From Obrimoposthia wandeli (Eukaryota), in NCBI GenBank assembly GCA_977020255.1, contig CDROCS010005437.1, positions 1 through 64,000 on the forward strand: a stretch of 64,000 nt of DNA, written 5' to 3'. The position numbers and the translations under genes were made by a program. The notes under the pieces are model-generated. The model saw only the letters and a list, made by a program, of their open reading frames with translations. It searched no databases and was not told the origin of the DNA. Below, piece by piece: positions 25,457 through 35,715 of the stretch (positions are counted from its first letter, which is position 1; every line of letters starts with the position of its first letter).

Positions 25457-27599
25457 ATGCCATTCTACAACAACGTCGATTTGGATCAAGAGACGGAGGT
25501 TCAACTGTATGAGGATCTCTCTCCAGTACAGCAGCGAATGCCACCACCGACGCAGTGCATTGACTTACTTAGTCAAGACTCGTCGGTGGTGAGCAAAGGA
25601 GAAGCAGCAGCAAGAGCAGAGCTGTTAAAAGAAGAAGCACCATTGGCCAGCTCAACTCCAAGAGAAGAACCAATGAACGTGAGAGGTGGGGTACAGAGAT
25701 CTCAATATATCGACCTGTCTAGTCAGGATTCGATTGAGAATTGGGAAGACTGTAATCCCCATCAGAACCCAGAAGCTACTCGTCCAGCAACTTCGGCAGT
25801 AGCTGCAAGGAGATCCAATATCTTCGACAATTTTGAGGCGGCAATCAAACGCCCCTGGAAATTGATCCCGTTGTCTCAGCAGGAGATAGTACTCGCACCA
25901 GACTCAGACGAGGAGCTGTTCACCGATAACGAACCGTCGGATGGGGAGAACGACTTGACTCCATCCAAGGACGAATGGATACAGCCAAGTATCGGAGCCT
26001 CAGGAGCCAACGATTCGATGGTGGCAGAATTGGACGAGAACGAGTGGCGCCTGTTCACCGACGATTGGGATGATCTCACTCCAACTCCGAAAGCGGATAA
26101 TACAGTACCTGAACCATTCAAAAGGCCGAAATCTCCGATATGTACTGTTAGGAGAATAAAGACAACGAATGAGGTTAGACTTCATTTATTTAAAATGTTT
26201 TTTGATTTCATTTTTAGAAACTTCAACTGGATTTGTCACCGTCACTGACCACGGCGGAGAGGCTGATTGAACCGCAGTACTTGCGAGTCAATGTAGCCAG
26301 GAAGATCCAAGGAGTGAGCAGCGATAACTACCCACTCTTGATAAAATTTAGGTAAAGTATTGTAAATTAGATAATAATTTTAATTATTCACATAGGAAGC
26401 CGAATTGGTGGAGGAAATTTGGGAGGAGGCAACTCTCAAACTACCCATGGATAGGAAGCAGGCGGTAGTGAGGAAACCGCGACGCCATCTGGTCAAAACC
26501 CATATAGTCCACAGGAAGAAGGCCAAGTTGGTAAAACAGCCTAACCTGCATGTCATTGAGGTAAATTATTTATATGTTTAAATTTTATTGATGTTTTTAG
26601 CTGCAGGAACCAATACAATTAACTGAGGAGACGTAAGGCAATATTTATCCGTTCCCGCAGAAACGAACGAAGCGGGCTGCTGTACAGAAGACGAGGCGCC
26701 TTAAAAAGGTGAAATCTTGTTTGCTCAAATCGACCGAGGTATCGATAGAGCGGCAGGAAAAACTTCCGTATCAGATTATTGAGGTAACTTTTTAGATATT
26801 TGATTATTTTTTAAATAAATAAATTTTATTAATGTTTTCTTTTGCAGGAACCCGACCGGATAATTGAGGAGACTTGGGGAGAAATTACTCCTTTCCCCAA
26901 AAAGGGACAAAGCGAGCAGAGGTGAAGAAGACGAAGCGCTCGAGAAAATGTTGCACCACAATTCGCCATTCTTCTGAGGTGGTGATTGGACAGCAAGAGA
27001 TTCTACCATCTCCAGTGGACGACGGGCCAATTCTATACGAGAGGATCCCAGTCTCGCCGATCGAGATTAGTCCGCCTCCCAGTCAATGACGCCTACAGGA
27101 GACAGTACGGGCTTCATTATATACTAGTCAAAATTTGGCTAGGGCTTGGGAGACTGCTTCTCCTCGTCTAACAACCAGCCAGAACCTGAAGAGGGCCGGG
27201 GATGAAGCTGGATTGGACGAATTCCTGTCGGAACTGGATACACCGGCAATGCTTCCAGATTCGCGAGGGCAATAGGATGCCGTCTCATGTCAGCTTCAGC
27301 GTGAGAAGGAGGAGAAACTGAAGAAAGCTCCGCGGAAGAGGAAGGCTACTACTTCTATGTCAGGGCCATCGACATCGGCTGCATCTCCTCCCAAAATGTT
27401 GCAGCAACTATTGCCAAAACCTCAGGGAACGGTAATTACTGCACAACAACCGGTGAAGCCGAAAAAGAAACTTGGCCGGCCAAAGAAGAAAGAGCCAGTA
27501 CCGCTTTCTCCAATTAAACGCAGTCGAAGGGATTTTGATGAGGATAATCCCAATGATGACTTTGTAAAGATTTTTAAAAATATAATTTATAAAAAATAA
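25457..27599 (+). pseudogene. five-exon Polinton gene: SIM-like motifs, acidic region, repeated basic exons, AT-hook-like motif
   Basis: Introns 26174-26217, 26352-26395, 26561-26606, 26784-26847; motifs CIDLLSQDS, YIDLSSQDS, EWRLFTDDWDDL, KKKLGRPKKK; stops and frameshifts in exons 2, 4 and 5. Confidence 0.75.
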
Positions 27600-27942
27600 T
27601 TTCATGTGTTTTTTTCTTCTTCTTAATATTTATTTAAAAAAACTTTAAAAATTTTAAATTTATTTTACAAATTTAGTAATATTAAAATACTATCTTTAAG
27701 TTTATTAAAATATCAATATGAAAAATATAGTTAACTTATTCGAATGTGATTGGATTAATACGGAATAATTCTACATTAAATTTTTTTTAGGTTTAATTAG
27801 AAATGCAATGATTAGTTATAGATTTATTAAACTTTCATTTGATAAATAAAAATATATCATATAATTGAATGTGATTGGATTAAAAATATCTTAAATTTAT
27901 ATATATATAGATTCAAATTTATTAACCTCTTCATAATTAAAA

Positions 27943-28410
27943 ATGGAATTTATTAAAATGAAAAGTCTCGTGACGAAGATTGAGGAAAACATCAGGAGAA
28001 ATGAGAAGAAAGGAGATTTAAGAAAGAGGGTCCTCAATCAGAATCTCTACGCTGCTGTCGCGACCGAGTGGAATCTTCGGGTGGAGATACAAGATAAGCG
28101 GCTAGCAGAACGAAAACGGATCGTAGAGTGGAACAAAAAGATCGAATTGGAAAAAAAAAACGGTCTGTTACGGGTAATGGGCAAAAAGGTGGCCCCACTA
28201 CTATCGAGACTGCCGAGGGGCCCAAAACTGTACACGGCGATGACGTAAGAGTACTGAAAAAGTAGGCGGACCTACCCAAAGTTCTAATGACGAAACCGAG
28301 ACCCCAAGCAGCTACTGTTACTGCTACCGAGGACCAGCAGCAACTATACAAAGATAGAGACCCGGACCTACGTAAAGTAGAAGAGGCCCCTATGGGGACT
28401 ATGAAAAATT
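27943..28410 (+). CDS. small basic coiled-coil Polinton protein, unknown function
   Basis: MKSLVTKIEENIRRNEKKGDLRKRVLNQNLYAAVATEW... is conserved in copy A2 (41976-42167, minus). C-terminus frameshifted. Confidence 0.5.
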
Positions 28411-28469
28411 GATTGCTTTCACATTAATAAATGTTTGATAATAATAATAAATAATAATAATAATAATAA

Positions 28470-30267
28470 CAAATATAATACTGATATCCCAGTTAATGTA
28501 ACAGATGAAGAAATTTTTAAAAATCCTTTTGTAGATGTAATTTATAGGAACAAAAATGAGGGGACTCAGGTCAACTTAATTTTGCTCAAACATAATAAAA
28601 AATTCCATTATGCTGCAATTCCCAGTTTAGATCGTCTTCTAAATTTAGATAATGGAGCCTTACCGGTTAGGATAAGGTGTAAGTGGTGTCATAGATGTTT
28701 GCATGGATTCCGATCCGAGCTCTCTTACAGCAAACATCTGACATTATATTCACTGAACCCTGATAACAATACGCTAAACAGCATGCCTAAGGATAAGGAT
28801 TAAGAATTCAGGGATTGGGCAAAATGCATACCCGTGGAATTCAGGGTGTATGCAGATTTTGAGTCAATTTTAGCATTGCACAACCAGTATGAGAGTATTC
28901 ACCTACCGGCTTCGGCAGGACTACTATTCTTATGCCCCAATATTACACAGTATCATAAATTTTCCGGTCCAAATTGAATTTTAGATTTTATGTTGAAATT
29001 AAAAGAATTAGGAACAACCATTGTCAAACCGTGGTATGATCTTAATGCTCATCAAGCAATGATCATGACAGGTATAGACTGGGTTAATTTTAATTCTTGT
29101 AGATTATGTTATTTGTGTGTAACAAAGTCTAAGTTAGTCAGAGATCACGATCATGTTACGGGGTGATACTTGGGAGCGGCGTGCAACCTTTGTAACCTTG
29201 GCCGTCGACTCCATAAAAAGCCACGCATTCCCATCGTGTTTCATAACCTCAAAGGATATGAATTGCATCATATACTTAAATATGCGTTGGGTACATTAAG
29301 CTCTTGGGAAATTTCATGTATACCTCAAACTTCAGAAAAATATTCATCTTTAACTGCATATACTGAATTCTGTAGTTTAAGATTCATAGATTCTCTACAG
29401 TTTTTGAGCAAGTCTTTAAAAAATTTAACGGCATCTTTAAATGCATGGCCAATCACACAGTCAGTGTTCCCAGATTCGGTTAAGGGGATTTTTTTGTATA
29501 AATTTGCGAAAACCTTTGCAGTTTTAGAAAATACAACTGAAATCCAACCCATAACTGAATTTGAGGGTGTAGGTCTTCAAGAATATAATGAGGCCCGTAC
29601 ATTTTGAGAGAATAATTGTCGAAATCTTCTAGAATATATGCTTTATTATATGAAGTTAGACATTTATCTTTTAGCTGATGTTTTGAGTCCTTTCGTGAAA
29701 TCTTTAGCAGAAGATGGGCTAGACCCCATGCATTTCTTTAGTTTACCTGGTCTTTCATGGGCAACAGCAATAAAAACTCTTAAAATTAATATTGAGTTAC
29801 TGCAAGATCCCGCGATGTATCAAATGTATGATTATGGTATACGCGGTGGAATGACTTTTGTCAACAAACATCATGTTGTCAAAAAAATCAATCCACGGAG
29901 ATTCTGTACATCGACATTAATAATTTGTATGGGTGGGGGCTTACTCAACCTCTACATCATGCCAACTTTAAGTGGGTTTATGATGAGGAAGAGTTGAATA
30001 AGTTTATGACAGATTTGGCTACTGTTGATACAGTTTCATCAGACGTCGGCTATTTGGTTGAGGTTGACTTAACAATCCCTTCCAATGTGCATGATAAATT
30101 AGAGGATCTTCCAGTAGCGCCTGTTCATCAATGCCCACCTAATTCAAAGGTTAAGAAATTATTGTTAACCCATGAAGACAAGTTGAATTGTGTTGTGCAT
30201 TGGCGGCTTCTTCAATTCTACTTAAAGTTGGGAGCGAAAGTTACTCGAATTCATCGTGCTATATCAA
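28470..30267 (+). pseudogene. polB: protein-primed DNA polymerase B (family A), truncated at both ends
   Basis: VYADFES (Exo I), VRDHDHVTG..LGAACNLCN (endonuclease VII-like), FHNLKGY (Exo II), FIDSLQFL, IRGGMTFV, motif A region; ends at a deletion junction with the penton ORF at about 30265. Confidence 0.9.
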
Positions 30268-30502
30268 ACCCGATCACAACTTCAATTGCATTTTCATTAT
30301 CAACTTCTTTTGTAAATGAAATATGTGAGTTTTTTCTGATTGTAATTGGAGAATAATAAAAAGGAAATTCTGTTAAAGCCGCTTCCCATTCTCCTTGGAG
30401 ATTTATAGGATTTTCCCAATCGATAATAAAGCTACTAGCGTCATTATCTGGTTGAATTTTCGGACATCCGTTACTAGGTAAAACCATATACATAGACTTC
30501 AT
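30265..30502 (-). pseudogene. minor capsid (penton) N-terminal fragment
   Basis: MYMVLPSNGCPKIQPDNDASSFIIDWENPINLQGEWEAALTE resembles the N-terminus of Polinton minor capsid proteins. Confidence 0.7.
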
Positions 30503-30507
30503 ATTAC

Positions 30508-31487
30508 ATTAGATGCTGATATCTAATTTATTTGATATTACTTTTAGTTCTTACTCGTAAAATTTACCGTGAATGATATTATTATCAGCATCTTTAATAG
30601 TATACATTATTGGATTACTCTTTTGATCAATTTTACTTATACAAAATATTTCATCGCTCCAAATCGGATCAATGTTTTTAATAAATGGAGTAGAGCTAAT
30701 TTTCGAAATTCGAACATATTCGTTTTTCTTATATTTAGCTTTTTTAATATTTTCTTTTTTATTCCTGTCCATCCAAATATCCATAGAGCTTTTATTAGTA
30801 ACATCAACAGGTCTCATTCCCTTGAGACCTCTATGTTCAGAGTGATTATATGCATGTATTATTTTAGGTAAAACTTGGATCCATTTTTTATTTCCTTCTT
30901 TTGTGAAATACCTTTTTTACTCGATCTCTTAAAGTACGATTAAATCTTTCTACTACTGCTGCTTTGTACATCGAAAACACTGAGTAGTGATTTATATTAT
31001 TTTGTTTAAATAATGATTGAACTTGATTATTATAAAATTCTTTTCCTAAATCAGTTTGCACATTTTGTGGAATGTCCTCTTTTAAAATTTCTTTAATGGC
31101 TTCAAGCATAGCTATTAAAGACTTTGCTTTAACTGGAATTGCACGAGCAAACCTGCTAAATACATCAATACATGTTAAAATATATCGATATCCCTTATTA
31201 AGAGAAGAATATGGGATCATCTCCATCAAATCCATTTGCCATAAATTATTAGGACCGCTGGTTTTGTAAGCTCTAGTTGGAAACCTTCTTCTCATCGGCT
31301 TGTTCAGACTGTAGGCTAACTGGTCGCTCAGCCATTTCTGCGTTTTCTTGTAATTTTGTTTTGTTCTTTTGGCTAATTTTGAAAGTCCTGTGTAGCCAAT
31401 TGGATCTTTTGGATTGAACCATATCTTCTTCATTACAACAATTTGAATAGAAAGAAAATTTAAGTTTAGGTAAAGAAGGGCTAGCAC
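30508..31487 (-). pseudogene. int: retroviral-type (RVE) integrase, frameshifted
   Basis: LWQMDL, YILTCIDVFSRFA, VQTDLGKEF, AAVVERFNRTL (D-D-E triad); C-terminal YVRISK...WSDEIF...GKFYE in the next frame. Confidence 0.92.
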
Positions 31488-31519
31488 CCATATCTTTAGC
31501 TGATTTTAGAAATAATTGT

Positions 31520-31891
31520 TTATGAACGTGTCGCAGCTATAATACTACTGATAATTGAAGCAACAACTGGAATAACAGCCCCTATGAAACCACCATTCTG
31601 TTTAAGAATAATATTTCGTTTCCTTTTTTTACTTTTTACATTAGCAATATCTAGAAGAGTTTTTCTATATTTCTTTAATATATTTTTCCGTTTTCCAACT
31701 TTTACTCGACCCAAAACTATATTATACAAAACATATAATAAATCATCTACAACAAAAGATCGAAATGCTTTAAGAATAATCATTCTCTTATGAAAAGAGA
31801 CTTTGACCAAAGCTTTAAAATATGGTATGCTTCTTTGTATTTTCTTCCTTTAAAAAAGGTTCAATTTGAATATTGTTTATATTCGAAGCCA
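31520..31891 (-). CDS. small basic virion-core-like protein ending in GG-F amphipathic peptide (adenovirus pX-like)
   Basis: K/R-rich body then KQNGGFIGAVIPVVASIISSIIAATRS; one frameshift near the 5' end. Confidence 0.6.
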
Positions 31892-32039
31892 TTTAAGTTT
31901 TCTTTTATTTCTAACTACAGATTTGATTAATTTATTCACTTCTTTTTTCTTAATGAATCCTTTTTTTTGATTTCTTAGATTTTACTTTACGTTTTTACTA
32001 TCAACTTCTTAAAGGGCATTGCAGATTTATTTTTTATAT

Positions 32040-32675
32040 TTATTCTCTATTTGTTTATAAACAGTTACTCCCTTAGAATTAAATATGTCTGTTAAAACAC
32101 GTAAATCATCTGGGCAAGCTTGTGTAAAGTTAATAAATATATACCCATGTGCATGTTTAGCAGCATCGTGGAATCAATCAACTAAAAAGTTCTTATTTAG
32201 GGGAAATGCCTGTCTGGTCACGAAATACAACAACTGTTTGATCTCTAGGATTTTTAAATAAAACTAAGTAATGTACATTAAGATTTCTTGTTCTATGGTG
32301 ACCTCCTTGGTGAAAAAGATTTTGAGTGATAAATATAACTGTTACTTCACGATGTCTTGCAATCTTTGTAAATAAATTATTAAAGTTCGATTCCTTGTTA
32401 GCTTTCTGATACAAATCATCAATTATTATTACATCTTCTTTTTTCAATCTTTCACACCAATTTGCATCAAATCCTTCAATAAATTGTATTACCTTCAACT
32501 TGCAAACTTCTGTTTTGGTTAACCCGCTTTCCCCTCCTCCACCATGATGCCAATACATATTTTTGAAACTAGATTTGAAAAGAGATTCATTTTGCAACAA
32601 TTTACAGACGAAATGTGTCTTTCCACTTCCACTAGGGCCAACTATTTGAAATACAGCATTATTATTTAGCTCCAT
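32040..32675 (-). pseudogene. A32/FtsK-like DNA packaging ATPase (family A)
   Basis: Walker A GPSGSGKT, Walker B VIIIDD, ARHREVTVIFITQNLF, YLVLFKNPRD; frameshift near the C-terminus. Confidence 0.92.
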
Positions 32676-32712
32676 TGCATATACTCTTTCATTTTTAATA
32701 TTGTTTATATTA

Positions 32713-33357
32713 TCATAGAAGTTTCCTTATTGAAATGTACAATGTTAGAGCTATTGTAGATGAAATACAAAAATTAATTAATGAATATTTGGCTATAATT
32801 TTATTTATTTGTGTACGATTTCTAAATTCTCGAATAACGTGTGATCTAACCAATATTTCAATGTTATCTCTTGTTATATCATTATTTTTTAATTCTGATA
32901 AAATTTCAACAATGTCTGGATAATCAAAATTTTTCAATCCCAATATCATAACTTTACCACTGGAAAATATATTTACACATAGCAGTTTAAACTTCAAATA
33001 ACTGAGAGCAGGAAACATTTCTGGTTAAAACATGCATTCTTCTTTCATTTTCTCTGCATTTTTAAAAAGATTTATCTGTTTCCCAAGATTAGCCGAAATC
33101 GTGATTGATTGTATTGCATTGATTCGAATTTCAAATAGTAAATTGAACCCAAGCATTGGTATTTTGCATCCCATAACACGACAATTTCCTAAAAGAATTC
33201 AATATGAAAATAAAATAAAAAACTAACCTGTAGGAAAAATAACAACTGTGAAATTGTCAAACTTTTTCACATATTGTCTCGGCTTCCATTCATTGAATGG
33301 TAAGTACGAAACATCATCTTCTATTCTACCTTTATAATTTATATTTACGAGTTTCAT
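32713..33357 (-). pseudogene. divergent TATA-binding-protein-like gene, two exons
   Basis: Exon 33357-33228, 39-nt GT-AG intron, exon 33188-32713 (606 nt). Both TBP repeats recognisable: LVNINYKG...TVVIFPTGNCRVMGCK and IQSITISANLGKQINL...F*PEMFPALSY...VNIFSSGKVMILGLK. Premature TAA at 33025-33027 where TBP has Glu. Confidence 0.8.
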
Positions 33358-33603
33358 TAGACTAAAATTGTATTCTGTAAATTCTTTATATATGTCTGAA
33401 CCTGCTTTTTTATTGCACGTTTCTTGTAATTATCTTGCAAACCTATTATAATTGAATGATATATTTCTTCCAATCAAATTTGATTTTAAATATGGATTTA
33501 GCCCAATCAAATTCAATGCTTTAGTTATATTAACCAATGAGATTCATGTCTTTGTTAGAAATTAGTATAAAAGAATGCGCCATTGGAGGAAAAATCACAG
33601 TAA

Positions 33604-34032
33604 ATGCATTCATATCAAAGACTATTATCAATGATGGACGATTGTCAACGGATATTAAGCGGTGACGAAGATTTAGAAATGTTTGAAGAATCGGAAAAGG
33701 ATATGTATGAAGAAGTGAAACAATATTTCAAATACAAAGTCAGATTCTTGAAGAAGGCTCAACTGATTGTTTTAGTAAATTCTGCGACTATTGAAAGAAG
33801 AAAGTTCAGCTATTATTTATCAAATATTCAAAAACCAGATTTTCAATATCTTAAACAGAAAGTTGAAAAGGCAGTTCCAAATTTTAATTTCAATAAGAAC
33901 GAATTTTATATCGGAGGACCCTTTGAGTGGGGCCAATATGTTGTTTTATGTTTAATAAATGGTTTGAAAATAATTTTGACTCGTATTTTGTTTTTCTCCT
34001 CTAAATTATATAGATCTATTTTTCTCTTATAA
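33604..34032 (+). CDS. hypothetical Polinton protein, weakly PB1-like
   Basis: 142-aa ORF divergent from the TBP-like gene; IERRKFSY...DFQYLKQKVEKAVPNF...EFYI recalls the basic PB1 fold by eye only. Confidence 0.35.
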   Translation: MHSYQRLLSMMDDCQRILSGDEDLEMFEESEKDMYEEVKQYFKYKVRFLKKAQLIVLVNSATIERRKFSYYLSNIQKPDFQYLKQKVEKAVPNFNFNKNEFYIGGPFEWGQYVVLCLINGLKIILTRILFFSSKLYRSIFLL

Positions 34033-35715
34033 ATCTGACCTAAATATTTAACAAAAAACATGTAGTAATTTATTAATCTTTCTTAAAATTAGTAGTAATA
34101 TATTATTTGAAATCTCGTCTGCGATAAGCAGCAGGGAGCAATATGGATTCCCGTGGTCTTCTCTAATCACTTTTGAGATTCGCGGTAAATTTCAAAGTAA
34201 ATTAAAAAATATGTGCCCCCCTCCTATTCGTTGCTTTAACATTTTTTTGTTAAAATTTCCCTACACACATACACGAAATTTCACTCCACACACATGCACG
34301 ATTTTAAAGGACAGTGGTAGCCCCCCGGGGGAGGGGGGTGGATTAGACTGGACACATCCACCTACTCGAGTTGTCATGGCTAGTTTTCTCAGACTAGTGT
34401 TGTAATATTTTGAGGAAAAATTAACCTTCAGATATTGAAACAAATTATGGTATGCCATTCAGTAAGTCCTATTCTGTTAGAAACTCACAAGTTAAGGCCA
34501 ATTCCTAAGTGACACCAACAATAATGAGCGCATCACTAAATGCATATGAATATATTGAACCAGGATAAGAACAAAATATTTGCTTTTAGACAGTGAAAAC
34601 TGACAAAATTCACAACTTTGTAGAATAACTAAAACTGACGAAATAGATTACAATTGCCCCATCAGAGGTTATAGAATATCCATTCAAGTTAAAATTTAAT
34701 ATTAGTATCTTCGATATCAATAACTTTAATATGCTATCATCTGGCAAGAAAAGATTTCATCAAAAGCAGAAATAAGAAATTTCAGGTAAAATATATATGT
34801 TTTTTACTAAAATAAGTTGCTATTTCTACATTTCATTTATTTTGTTTTATGTAGTAAACTGTTTCATTTACCGAAAAGCCACTATAATAAATTAAGAGTT
34901 CCAAAGAATTTATAAAAAACATCATACAATTAGCTTTCTCATACATTAATATTTCGTTACCACGATTCAACTCATTTCTAAAAACTTACAAAATTAAAAT
35001 ATATTTCAAATTTACTGATATTTTTATGTAAATTTACACAAATATTTATCTATTAATTTTATTCATTATTAAAGTGAACATGTGATTTTCAAATATTTTA
35101 TAAATGTCATTTTTACTTGCTTTAAACAACATATAGAGGGAAACTCAATAAGAACATTCTATCAATGACTTCTCCAAATTGACAATTTTTTTAATCTTCA
35201 GAAAGGCGATCCTTATAGCACTAAATTATGTTTTCTTCAGTGTTATTTCACTATTGATTTAGCTTTCGATTTGTGAATTCTCATTTGGACTGGGCTTAAA
35301 AATGGCCCGTCCCAAATCTTAAACTGAAGAGAAAATAATTAATATTAATAATAGAACCAAAGTATTAAAATCACAATCAATGTCAAAAATATTAAAATGG
35401 ATTTGTGGGCCTTGAGAAGCACAGCAATATAAATGAGAAGAGTAATTTAGTCAAAATTGATTGAAAGAGTACAATAAAAGTTTCCAATATTCTTGGAAGA
35501 AGCCAGTGGATAGAGCAAAAGCAGAAGAAGAAAATATAGGTAAGAAACTGAATTCTTATAGTTCAAAAATCATTTTGATCGCAAAGAACGAGAAGACACT
35601 GAAACTGTTTCGTTAAATTCAAGGAACAACATCAAGCAGGAAGGACCAAGTAACCGAATCGGTCGAGGCTTTCCAAGCAGCCGAAGTAAATCGCCGATAA
35701 CATATTAACTCTAGA

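Larger units (their letters stand above)
25047..34366 (+). mobile_element. Polinton/Maverick family A, copy A1 (internally deleted, 9320 bp)
   Basis: TIRs of about 110-125 bp starting AGTAGGTGGATGTGTCC and ending GGACACATCCACCTACT; 6-bp TSD CGAGTT at 25041-25046 and 34367-34372; pPolB, integrase, ATPase and penton fragments. No major capsid or protease gene. Confidence 0.95.
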
